From positions 1,922,001 through 1,986,000 of the forward strand of contig JBHGNT010000014.1 of assembly GCA_043228905.1 (NCBI GenBank): a stretch of DNA of 64,000 bases, in the 5' to 3' direction. Positions 47,562 through 59,558 of this stretch are shown piece by piece (within the stretch, counting starts at the first letter, position 1; each line of letters begins with the position of its first letter). The notes beneath the pieces were generated by a model. That model saw nothing but the letters and a program-made list of their open reading frames with translations. It was not told where the DNA came from and did not search any database. This stretch comes from Azolla caroliniana. Lineage: Eukaryota > Plantae > Polypodiophyta. A program made the translations under genes and the position numbers.

Positions 47562-50445
47562 TCACCTCAATAATTCATCATCATCTTCCATTCCATCACT
47601 GTCCCAAAGATCATCATTGACATCTGAAACATACTCCCCTTCCTTGTCGGATCCTTCATAATCCGAATTACAAACTTCATTCGAAATCCTATCATCTTCA
47701 ATTAGGTCATCATCCCAATCCCCCTCTTCTACCTCTAATGCAGCCCTCAACTCTGGTGATATATTGAGCAAAGATCCACGAGGTATTTGTCCGCCTTCTG
47801 GCCAGCCCCGATACATAATGATTTCATTACCATCTTCAGAAACAGCGACCCCTCCCGTAAGATTCTGTTAAGGATAATCGAGAATATGCACTTTTGGATG
47901 AATCAAGCGAGAAACTTGTTATTATGATGAGAATATCTACATACATTAGCACTTACCTCCAAACTTTGCATCAAATCTCGAGGAGATGGCCCTTGGTCCT
48001 GGTCTTTCATGACAATCTTTACAAGGGCATGATGAAGAAAATATACTCGAATGCCACTGGCCAATCTGTCCAAATCATTGCTTCTCCCTACATAATAATA
48101 AACAACAATATTGTAAACATATTACTATGCAATGAAAATAAATGGAGACCATGATTAAGATAATTTTCCAACATACCTACAAAGAACGGTGAAATTTTGT
48201 TTAAAGAAAGGGCCTTCTTACTGAGCCTGAGCTTCTCTGTATTTGTCAATGGATCAGCTCTATGTATTGGACCTAATCTTACAAGCCTCTCTAGCTTCTT
48301 AATTCGGTCTCGAAACGTTTTATGATGGATCACCTCCTCTTCTGATGGCTTACGTTCATCACCATGCCCATCTTTAATCTTCAACAGTTGTGTCCATGCC
48401 CTGTTTCTTAATCCAGAAGCACTCTACCAAGACACACCCATTCTACTTCAGGTATTTTTGCATGCATACAAAATCTCTATTAGGGAAAATTTGGGATATT
48501 AAAACAAAATAATAGAGATGTAAATATTTAGATCCAAGTTCAACATCTAGAATGAGCCGAAGTAAAATGAAGCATTCTACCAAAACATATGATTTCAGGT
48601 AACATATTCACATACATGAAAAAGTTCTATAAGGAAATAAAAATGACAGATAGTATTCTTTTACAAATATGGGTCTTCTCACCTTCTAATTTTAGTGGTG
48701 TTAGAGATGAGGTTCTCTACCTTCTTCCAATGAGGTGTCCACACATTTATTCTATATGCCCATATTTTTATTATGGCATGATTTCATTGCGTTTCCCTAC
48801 TGTTGCTCTTCGATTCTCTGTTTTGGTTCTTCCTTTTATCTATCAGTTTGTTTTGTGTGATTCCAACCTTACCTTTTCTGTTAACTTCACATAGAGTTAA
48901 TCATGAGTTTTTTTCTTTTAGATATTAGAATTTACCTCAACTTCTGAAACTGAATGAATATGATCATTGTCAACAGTCTCACTTTCCATCTTATGCTGCA
49001 ACCAAAAACATGTCATGATCATAAAGAAATTCATCATTAAAGCTCAATGCAAAAAGACATGGGAAACGCTTTTGGATAAATGTGCGCACCAAATCACCCT
49101 TTATTTGAAGAATCTCTGTTTCTAGAGCTTGGATATTCTGGAGCAATGACTGTTAAAAAATGTACAAAACTCTCTTGGTTTTATGACAAATGTTATTGCT
49201 AAGGAATATTTGATAAGAAACACATTTTTCTTTAACTAAACAGCACCAAGCTTCGATATATTTAAGAATTTTAAAATGAAGAAAACAAGTCTCATTTTGT
49301 CACATACCGCTCGTCGCTGCATCTCGATGGCTCTCTTAAGTGCCTTCCTTTTGGTAAGTAGATTCCGTGGTCTTAGTTCAGATGGTCGTTCATAATTCTT
49401 ACCACGATACATTATAATGATGTTATCTTTCGGGGAACGTATGATAGCAATCAAAATCCCACCACTTTCATACTCTAGCATTCTCGCAGTCTCTTGCAAT
49501 TGCACTGGATCTGACTCATGAACCACAAGCTTAACTAGTTCCCTGTGTTTCCAATGCAAATGCATGTTCTCTACAATTCCATCAAAAACTCCACGCACCC
49601 CTGTATTATATAGGGACATAGTCTTAACTCATTTACCATATAGGAGGAGCATAGAAAATGGAAAACTCCCCCATTCAGCGATAAGATATGAGAAGTAACC
49701 TAAAAGCAATGTAGACTTCATCCTTATTCCAAGTTTTTGATACATAAATCTTTCCTCCTCTGTTATCGTTTCGACATCCGTAGGGCGTTCGATGGGCTTC
49801 ATAAAAGCCTCGACCTTTAGAAGATCTTGTTCTGCTTTCTCTTTCTTCTTTAATGACTGTGGATATTTATCAGACAAAAAAAAAGAGTTTTGATACCCAA
49901 AATCAAGATGTCAAATTGTGCAACATTTGATACTTAAATTGATGATTTGTTGAACTTACACGGTCAAGTTTTTTCTCCAATTGTCGAGCTACGGTCAGTT
50001 GGTGGAGCTTAGCTACCTCTTGTTTCAATATGTTTTGATCTCTAATATCCATGGTGTGCACCCAAGATGGTTTCACATCAGGTAACTCTGGACGAATAAC
50101 TGCCACGCTAGGCTGAATTGAGGGTGGACGCTTGACAAAAATGTTCCTCTCATTACGTGCTTTTTCTTCCTCTTCCTGATGATCTCGGAATATCAGTTCT
50201 CTTTCTGAGAGCGTAGTAGCCACACTTTGTGGAACAAAATCTTTTCCTCTGTAGAATGTCATGAAAAATTTATTTCGTGAAAGAAGAACTCCATCGGTAA
50301 GCCTCTGGTCAAAAGCACCCAGTAACCCCAAATTCAGTTCATAATATGACATACAGAGACTGCACAAATGTGTATGCATAGAAGTGAATGCCCTCAAAAT
50401 TGCCTTTATGTGTGCACCAATAAAGCTTTAATGTATGTATATTTG

Positions 50446-50484
<39 letters not shown>

Positions 50485-52501
50485 CATGTTTCAATATCAA
50501 TGAGCCCTAATACTTGTTTTTATGTCCATCAGCAGGATACTAACCCTTATTTCATTAGCCATCAATTCATTGTTTGTGTTTTGCATACGCTTCTTAACAG
50601 CAATCTTGACAATTTCCGTTTTCTCCCACAATTTCAACATCGCAACAGCAAGCCCCTGATGACCTTTATTTCTCGCTTCCTCATATTAAGAAACAAACCA
50701 CAAAACAAAATAAGCCAAAACCATCCTTATGTTATTGTATTCACGTGAACAGAAAACATGTCATCAATCACAGTTCACCTTTTCAAATTTCATCTTTAAT
50801 GTAAGACTTTGAAGTTTTCATTTTTTTGTTTGTGAATCAAAACCTCTTCATACAAATCAAAAAGCCCATGTGTATATAGATAGACAATATTACCTAGCAC
50901 AAAATGTGGAGCAATAGGCCGAGCAAGACGACGAAGCTTTGTGAGTTCTGCATCGGTTAATCCGCCTCTAACTCCAAATGGCAACAACCGAAATGGAGGT
51001 CTATAATTAGGGACTTCGGGTGGCAGCAAGTCTGCATCAATAGGAATAGGCCTTAAACCTGTCCATTTCTCATATCTTGGTCCCAAACCTTCCAACATGC
51101 CCTCAATTTCCATCTCCTTCTCATCATCTTTTCCGTCAGTCAAATTACATACATTATTTCCATTCATAGTAACAATACCGCTCCCTTTTGTGCCGTTGTT
51201 GATGCTCCTCATCATTCCTCCATTCTCTACATTATAATCGGTCCCTCTATAAATAACTATTACATTCTTATCCCTCCATACCACTAAGCCTCCAGTGCTT
51301 TTCTGTGAGTATCAAAAGTGAAGATGGATAGATTGATGAACTGTGTTATTTTGTTTCATATCTCATAAGCTGAAAAACACTGATAACTTATATTCCTCAT
51401 TCATAACCCTTGGTTGAAGACTTCCATAAATTATATTGTTTCGTAGTTCACAGGCCAAAAATATAGATAAATTAAATCATTTTCATAGCTCATATGCCAA
51501 AACATCGATCCATTACATTATCTCTATAGCTCCAGGGCTCTAAAACGTCAATATATGAATATTAAAACGCAATACAAATTCATAAATACACTTACCTCTA
51601 AATCTGAGAGTGTTTTCTTGATGCTATTCGCGGCAGGTCCATGGCATCTAACCTTCACGACCTCTGAAACGGTCCATTGTTGCAGAATGATGCGGACTAT
51701 ACTCTTCGTAACACCGAGCTTCCCAATCTTCAACCTTTCTTGCAAGGGGATTGACAAAAGGCGAAGCCTCTTCAATTCGAGAGGAGGGATCAAAATGTCT
51801 GCCCGAGTTCTATTGCGACAAACCACATTTGTTCTATCATCATCCTCTATCTCTACAGCGATAGAAGAGGAAGATGATGATGATAAGGGAATTTCTTCTT
51901 TCTTCGTCCCATTCTCTATCCTTCTCTCCCAAGGAAATGAAGCAGAATCACATGCTTCTTCTTGTTTACTGAAGCTGGGTTCATCTGTACATTGTGAAGA
52001 ATATTGTATATTCCGCAACTTCTCAACGATTTCTGCTAAAGCCGACATGCCGTTATCATATTCTTTATTTTCTTCCCCTCGTTCTTCGTCTAAGGTCTTC
52101 CCATGATTTTTCTCTTTCGTTTCAATGGGCCTCTGCTTCCATGGAGACAATTCGTGACCTAGTCCCGATGCCTGCTGCCATGGCGCAGGGCGGAAGCTAC
52201 TGCGAGGTTTCACAGAGAAACGGTCGGTCCAATCCTTCTTCCATGGGGATTGGAGAGAGCCATTCGATAAGTAATGGCGACTAGGCCGAGCTCTAGTCTG
52301 CTCTATGTCATCATGGGGAGCATATATTTCTTCTTCTTCTTCTTCTTCCTCCTCCTCTTCAACTTTGATCACTTCTGTACTAACTCTGGCAGAGATGGAG
52401 GTGAATTTGAGACAAGACTTGTGATGGCCACAGCTATGGCGAGGTGGGTTCAGGAACAGAGAGAAGGAAGAGGGGGGGGTGAGGCAATGGTGGATCACCA
52501 T
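47562..52501 (-). CDS. CFM2: Chloroplast CRM-domain group II intron splicing factor, CFM2-like (four CRM domains, ~12 exons; central exon borders approximate)
   Basis: Transit-like N-terminus; CRM1 ([17 protein letters not shown] / GGLVVWR..IYRG), [22 protein letters not shown]2 ([13 protein letters not shown] / LLSRNK..FYRGKDF), CRM3 ([40 protein letters not shown]), CRM4 (LTNTEKLRL.., [15 protein letters not shown]). The fourth CRM favours CFM2 over CRS1/CFM3. Confidence 0.85.
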
Positions 52502-52641
52502 CTATCTACCTATCTATCTGTCTGTCTGTATATCTATCTATGTGTCTGTCTGTCTGTCTATGATCTATCTATCTATATATCTATCTGTCTGTGTATCTAT
52601 CTATCTATCTATGTATATGTCTGTCTGTCTGTCTGTCTATC
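52500..52641. repeat. (TCTA/TCTG)n microsatellite abutting the CFM2-like start codon
   Basis: Directly visible. Confidence 0.95.
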
Positions 52642-54236
52642 TTAGGAGCCGTTAAACTTACAGCTTGAACCGAACCGAACCGCAACTCAAATAACTCTGC
52701 CGTAATCCAACTCACAAGCACGCTCGCTTTAATCGAAGGTCTATATTTGATTAGAAACTCCCGTGAAGTTGATAAGCCAAGGATGCACATTGCATATGAC
52801 AAAAGTGCAAATCTAGATTCATGATATGAAGTTAGCCCGAGGTATGCGCAAACTACCTTCTAGGGAGAGCCAGATGACTCGAGCTTGAGGAATCCCCTCC
52901 TTGGATGTCTCCTTGAAATCTCTAGCAAGAGAGACATCATAGCAACAAAAAGTTCTCGTCTAATTTCCCATATTCTAGTTCATGGATTCACAAAAAGAAC
53001 GCGATCATTGCCGTTGTATAGCAAACAATTTGTTGAAAGATTCAAAAGGTTTACATTATTCAGATTATAGAATTTAAATATATAAACATATGCTGTGTTT
53101 TGCATCGTAAGGTTGTGGATTCGAGTTTCAAGCATTGGGTGAGATTGTTGCATTCATTATAAATATTCTCATGTTCAAGGACATTGTAATTAGTTGTAAA
53201 TATTTATTGCACCAATTCCATTCTCCTACTGTTTACTTATACATGGACATTCACACAATGAATGAGCAATCCGTGAGCTATGTTGATGCTGGGAGCCATT
53301 TTCAGATTCAAATCCTGTACTTAGTGCGTATCGGTACGAACCATCACCAATTAGATAGGCTATACCTGTTGTCTAAAAGACCCAAGACCCCATCTCCACA
53401 CATTGCTCAGAGATCATTTGCTTATTTAGAGAATGATGAAGATCCAATTATGGTCGTCAAAGGGAAATGGAAACACCCTGATATAGGTCCCCAACCATTG
53501 ATATCAGTAAGTTCCAAATATGTTCACCCTCATTGAATATGTGAATATGATCCATATGCCTCCTGGACATTGGAAGCATTTTTGGTCCATAGAACCCAAT
53601 GCAATGGCAGGGAGGTTTTAGCTTCTTATAGCTTTATATATATATAGTTCGTTTGTGGATGGTTAATTGAATGTTGAGGGCATGCCCTGCCCCGATGCGA
53701 TGAACCCACAGTTTTACTTCCAAAATCAAGATAAAGGTGGAAGGCATCATAATGAGATAGGTTCAATAGTGTGTATGCAAGCCATATGCTGTCAAAGTCA
53801 CACGCCGTAATAAGAACCGTCTCCTCCACTCCAGCTCCTCCAAATAATCTGATTTTTTCAGCCTTGGTGTTACGGAGGCAAACGATCTACAACCTTATTT
53901 CCTGTTTCAAAGATAGATAGTTTGGCATATCCAATTGGGTAAAAGCTGGAGAGGACCTGTGAATCTCCCCTTCGTTAAAATGAGTGAGCATCCACATCTA
54001 TATTGTTCCAAAAGAAGCATTATAAGTAACATTACAGTCCAAGAGGACACCCACTTTGTAAATTCGCCTCATATGTACCGTTTCCTGGTGTGTCACTGTT
54101 TTCATTTCTAGCTATTTTCAATCCTAACATGGAAATTGTGGTCCAGCATCCTGCAGACTTCCGTTCTTCTTTCTTTCCTCTTTTTAGCATTAACCTATTC
54201 TACTAGCAGCCCAAACCAATTATATGAAGAAACCCT

Positions 54237-56153
54237 TTAATAATAACAAGGACTGAACAGTTTTTCATCCAGTTCCTGAAATGTATCCCATATATCTACA
54301 CTTGGTACATCCCATGCACCATTTTTCACTCTCAGATCTTCAATTTCCCTCGCTTTCGCATGCATGCCCGCGGCTACGTATATATTCCGCATGCATATAT
54401 ACACTGGTGCAAGCTTTTTATCGATCAATAACACAGACTCAAAAGCTTGTTGCCCAAGCTCGACATTTACCCATTTCCAACAAGCACCTAAAAGAGCCAT
54501 CCACAATTGAAGGCAATCAGAGGGAGTCAGTTTTTCAATCACAACCAAGGCCTTATCAAAGTGTCCAGCTCGGCCAAAGAGATCCACCATGCAAGCATAA
54601 TGCTCTAGAGTAGGTGCAATATGGTAGACAGTGTCCATTGCATCGAAATACATTTCCCCTTCCGAGATTAATCCAGCATGGCTACACAATGTCAGTAAAA
54701 CAAGGAATGTAACTCTATTGGGTCTGATACCATCTTGGAGCATGGAGTTGTATAGCTCGAATATCTTTTCCATGTTGCCGAGTTGAGCATACCCAGCAAG
54801 AACTGCATTCCAGGATACCACATCCCTCACTAGAAGGTCATCAAATACTTCTCGTGCTTCTTTAAGCATTCCACACTTTGCATACATGTCCACCAGTGCA
54901 GTGCTAAGAATAGGATTTCTTTCTAATAACCCTTGTTTGTTCATTTCGGCATGAATTTCTTCCCCTTTCTCAGCTGACCCGATGACCCCACAAGCTTTCA
55001 AGGTAGATGCAAAGGTAACCTCATTTGGGGAGAGACCCTCTTCTTGCATGCATAAGAAGCACTTTAGTGCATTATCACCAAGCCCATGCTGCGCATATCC
55101 AGTTATAAGAGTAGTCCAGGAGGTCAAATTTCGTGCCGGAATCTCGTCAAACACTTGTTTTGCTTTTTTAAGTGAACCACACTTCACATACATATCTAAG
55201 AGTGCATTCCCAAGAACTATGTTTTTCTTCAAAAAGTCTCCTTGCCGACTGCGAATCTCAGAATGTATTTCTTCTCCTGTCTTGAGCAACCCAATGGATC
55301 CACAAGCTTTCAAGATGCATGTAAATGTGAAGTCGTCCGGGTGAAAACCACCCGCTTGCATCCGTGCAAAGCAATCTAGGGCATTAAAATTCAGCCCATC
55401 TTGAACATACAACGAAATGAGTACATTCCAAGAGATGATATCGGGTTCAGGAAGCTTATCAAAAACTTCTTGAGCATTCAATAGAGAACCACATTTACCA
55501 TACATGTCCATCAATGCATTACCAAGAACAAGATTCTTGTCCAAAAGGCCTCGTTTCTTGACCTCAAAATGGACCATTTTTCCCATCTCAAGTGATCCTA
55601 CGAGCCCACAAGCTTTTAGGATGCAAGAGAATGTGAATGCATCAGCTGAAAGCCCTTCTTCTTGCATACAGTTGAAGCAATCTAGGGCTTCTTCACCATG
55701 GCCATGGTGTGTATATCCACTCATAAGGGAATTCCAAGTGACCACATTTCTCAATGGGAGCTCGTTAAAGAGCTTCTTGGCTTCAAAGAACATGCCAAAT
55801 TTGGCATACATGCTTATTAGGGCATTAGTGATGTAAACATCATTGTGAAGCAGACCCTTGAAGAGGGCTTCAGCATGTGTTTTGGTCCCTTTATGCAAAT
55901 CCTTTTGCTTTCCACACGATTTGATTGTGTCCACAAGCGAGCGCCCATCATCAAGGCTCACTCTCTTCTCTTCATTCTTCTTCTTCTTCATCTTCGTCTT
56001 GTTGGCATTCCGATCATGGGAACCTACTGCTGCTGCCTCTGATTCTCTTCCGTGGTGGAGGTCTGCAGACCCAAGAGAGGGGGGATCAGGGATGAAGTTG
56101 TGGGAGCAATGGTTCATGCATGACAGGAAGGCTGAGGGAGAGGATAAAGACAT
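54237..56153 (-). CDS. PLS-class pentatricopeptide repeat protein with E domains, no DYW (organellar RNA-editing factor type), single exon
   Basis: Repeated NALxDMYxKCG / VSWNxLIxGY / TFxCILKACG triplets; C-terminal CSHAGL, PTLEHYACMVDLFGRAG, WMALLGAC, YICMRNIY; start ATG uncertain (56153 or 56165). Confidence 0.93.
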   Translation of the reverse strand: MSLSSPSAFLSCMNHCSHNFIPDPPSLGSADLHHGRESEAAAVGSHDRNANKTKMKKKKNEEKRVSLDDGRSLVDTIKSCGKQKDLHKGTKTHAEALFKGLLHNDVYITNALISMYAKFGMFFEAKKLFNELPLRNVVTWNSLMSGYTHHGHGEEALDCFNCMQEEGLSADAFTFSCILKACGLVGSLEMGKMVHFEVKKRGLLDKNLVLGNALMDMYGKCGSLLNAQEVFDKLPEPDIISWNVLISLYVQDGLNFNALDCFARMQAGGFHPDDFTFTCILKACGSIGLLKTGEEIHSEIRSRQGDFLKKNIVLGNALLDMYVKCGSLKKAKQVFDEIPARNLTSWTTLITGYAQHGLGDNALKCFLCMQEEGLSPNEVTFASTLKACGVIGSAEKGEEIHAEMNKQGLLERNPILSTALVDMYAKCGMLKEAREVFDDLLVRDVVSWNAVLAGYAQLGNMEKIFELYNSMLQDGIRPNRVTFLVLLTLCSHAGLISEGEMYFDAMDTVYHIAPTLEHYACMVDLFGRAGHFDKALVVIEKLTPSDCLQLWMALLGACWKWVNVELGQQAFESVLLIDKKLAPVYICMRNIYVAAGMHAKAREIEDLRVKNGAWDVPSVDIWDTFQELDEKLFSPCYY

Positions 56154-56166
56154 ACATACATACATT

Positions 56167-56197
<31 letters not shown>

Positions 56198-56279
56198 GAA
56201 ATGGGGTCCCCTCAGTGTTAGGGATGGAGCAGAGCAGATCAGAGCAGATCAGATCAGAGAAATGGAGCATGGCATGGAG

Positions 56280-56310
<31 letters not shown>

Positions 56311-56524
56311 TGTATGTCATGTCCATCCATGGTAGGCATGGTACCCCCATGGAGGACATACATACATACATACATACATATATGAAATGGGGTCCCCTCA
56401 GTGTTAGGGATGGAGCAGAGCATATCAGATCAGAGAAATGGAGCATGGCATGGAGATATGTATATATGTATGTATGTATGTATGTCATGTCCATCCATGG
56501 TAGGCATGGTACCCCCATGGAGGA
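56149..56524. repeat. Tandem duplication (~207 and ~170 bp), each unit bracketed by (CATA)n and (TATG)n
   Basis: atatgaaatggggtcccctcagtgttagggatggagc twice; microsatellite arms are reverse complements. Confidence 0.9.
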
Positions 56525-56699
56525 GATAAGATCAGAGCAATGGAGGAGCATGGCATCGGCTTGTCTATTATGACACAAATCATTAATAGGGCTGGCGAGG
56601 GAATCGTGGCCCTGGCCCTGGACAATGCAGGTCGCTCGCTCGAAGCATGGCGCGTGCGATCTGCACCGTTCGATTTGGATAATAATAATAATAATAACG

Positions 56700-59220
56700 T
56701 GCGACCAAAAATGTTCAGAGGTCGCCCAACTACCTATTGTGGTCACCCAACCTACCTATTGTGGCCGCCCATCCTCTATAACATATGTGGTCGCCCAACC
56801 GAGTTTTAATGTGGCCATGTGGTTGCCCAACCTGCCATTTAACTTTGGTCACCCAACCGAGTTTAAATGTGGTCGCCCAACCTTTTAACAGACGTCTATA
56901 AAACCCTAAAACCTATCATTATCTCTCAATTTTCAAACGAGATTGACGGGTTTTTTTGCTGGGAAAGCGATTTTTCTTCAGACGGCTTGCAATCAACATT
57001 CCCAACAATCACTTCTGCAATCGATGCCCTACTATTTCCCAGGTATGTATTTGTGTTTGTCTCTACATTTTCTGAAGTTTTTTTTTTATGTGGTTGCCTT
57101 TTTCATTTCGAGGGATTAGGGTTTGGGAGAAGGTTTTGGTTGATATTATGATTTTAAATGTAATATTATTATGGCTTGATATTAGAATAATAGGGAGAAG
57201 GTTTAGGGTTTAACGTGATAGTATGATTGTAGAAACTATTTAGGGTTTGGATGATATAGTGAATAGGTTTATTCTCAAAAATTGTTTACAAACTATTTAG
57301 AACATGTTTATTGATATATGATCTTAGAATGTTAATGGTTTGCGGTTGGAGTGTGTTGATTTTTTTTTTCAAAACAAATTATCCATCTATTAGTTATAAA
57401 GAAAGCTCATAATAGTTACATCATACAAAGTATTTTTTCCCAAGCCTGTCTTGTGTAGACAACGATTGAGGAAACAAATCTATGTACTCCAATATAGAGA
57501 AAATAGTCCAACAATTACAATCTATTCCCTAGACACATTGCAAGGTATCTATATCCATAGGCAACAACGAAAGTAGCTCTATTCGGAAACAAACCCTCTC
57601 AGGTCATAGCTATGAGCCATCCAATACTTCTTCAACATGTACATCTCGGCTTTGAAGGCGATCACTAGAGTGTGTTGATATTAGCTTGATATTGATTATT
57701 AATGATATTATGATATTAGCTTGATATTGATTATTAATGATATTATGATATTAGCTTGATATTGATTATTAATGGTTTACGGTTGATATTATGATTTTAA
57801 TGCTTGATATTAGAATGTGGCCCAAGTTTAGAACAAGTTTAGCTCATTGATCATTGAATAGACTTGCAAAAACTTATTGATTATTAATGGTTTACGGTTT
57901 AATGCTTTGCTTGATTAAAGTTAATATTGTGTGTGCTTGAGTATTAAATTCAGAAAATGTTTGATTACTTTTGTTTTCTTTTCCTTGAATGGTGGTAGAT
58001 GGCTGCCAGGTCCACGTACAAAGATTGGTGGGATTCTGATTCAAACCATTTCATCTAAACTGTCAGACCACACCATTGTGTCCGAGGGTCGACATCACGT
58101 ATTGCACGCCCCAACTTAGCCAAATGGTTCGTATTGTGGCTTTTATGCAATGAAGACTATACAAATGTTGGTCAAGGAATTCTTAGTAGCAAATGTCTTA
58201 TTCATGTGGTTTTTGTATAGCTGTGTTCTTATACATATTTGGTGACAGGGCACAAAGATGTGGTTCACCAAATGCGAAGTGGATTCACTTCGGATTCATG
58301 TGGACAAGTGGGCACGAAGGGCACTGGGATTTGCACCTGCAACCGATGGCCCCATATTGTAAATTTTGGATTGGCTACAGAAATTTTATCATGGATGTCA
58401 TGGACACGGATATTAGACCTTGGCTGTCATATAATGGGTATTATGGATATGATGAATATTGTAAATGGCGTCATATTATTTGTACCGGAGCGCATGTTGT
58501 AAATGTGGTATTATATTTTGTTATAGACGGATGTTGTAATATGGTCACCACTTTTTGTATAGCAAGTAGCGACTCATTGTATATCGAAAATTACCTATTA
58601 ATGGAAACATTGTTTATCTCAAGTGCCCCTAAACCTATTTTAGATTCAAAGATATGTTGTTTTCTCACTCATAGTGTGATTTATGTCTATTGTATTTCAA
58701 AGATATGTTGTTTTCATACATATGTTTTAGATTCAAAGATATGTTGTTTTCTTAGTCATAGTGTGATTTGTGTCTGATGTTTTGCAAAGTTATGTTGTTT
58801 TCATACATATGTTTTAGATTCAAAGATATGTTGTTTCCTACATATGTTTTAAACAGGTCGCCCAACCTATTACTCAGGTCACCCTATTGTGTAAATCAAG
58901 TCTCCCAACCCTCTTAAAAAACATCTCTTTGAAATTAACAAGTTGTCCAACCTATTATCAGGTCACCCTATTGCATAAATTAGGTCTCCCAACCCTCTTA
59001 AAAAACATCTTTTCTCATAAACAAGTTGCCCAACCTGTTTTAATATGGTCACCCAACCTATTAAACATGTCGCCCAACTTATTACTTAGGTCTTCCTATT
59101 GGGCAAATTAGGTCTCCCAACCCTTGTAAAAAAAATCTCTCATCATAAACAGGTCGCCCAACCTGTTTTAATATGGTCGCCCAACCTGTTTAAAAAAGAA
59201 CGACCAAAAAATGGTCATAT
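56700..59220 (+). mobile_element. Degenerate DNA-transposon derivative (MULE/CACTA-like) with an Ulp1 peptidase fragment
   Basis: Clusters of GGTC(G/A)CCCAACC at 56720-56885 and 58856-59186; APT*PNGSYCGFYAMK near 58105-58155 resembles the Ulp1 QxNxxDCG catalytic motif; internal ~35-bp and ~50-bp tandem repeats; termini not resolved. Confidence 0.5.
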
Positions 59221-59367
59221 TAAGGAATAAATTAATCACATTTAAGTCACATTAATCCCTTCATACTGTCACAGAGGCACATCTTAATCATAGTCTAGCT
59301 AATTACATCGAGTCTGTCTTAAAATTTCAATTAATCACATTTAGATCAACAGACTCGAATGCCGAGG

Positions 59368-59558
59368 ATGTCATATGTTGATTTATGTTTTAAGCTTGGT
59401 GTTTCAAGTATGTCATGTGTTGATTTATGTTTTAAGTTTTATGTTTCAAGTATGTCATATGTTGATTTATGTTTTAAGTTTTATGTTTCAAGTATGTCAT
59501 ATGTTGATTTATGTTTCAAGTATGTCATATGTTGATTTATGTTTCAAGTATGTCATAG
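59368..59558. repeat. 42-bp tandem repeat, with shortened copies
   Basis: atgtcatatgttgatttatgttttaagttttatgtttcaagt; 14-aa periodicity in ORF 59375. Confidence 0.9.

Noticed and set aside
54281-56199. Plus-strand ORFs overlapping the PPR gene (likewise antisense ORFs over pol, CFM2 and GH3)
   Set aside because: Antisense shadows of real coding sequence, without independent motifs.
58193-58777. 194-aa ORF
   Set aside because: No recognisable domain; runs into tandem repeats within the decayed transposon.
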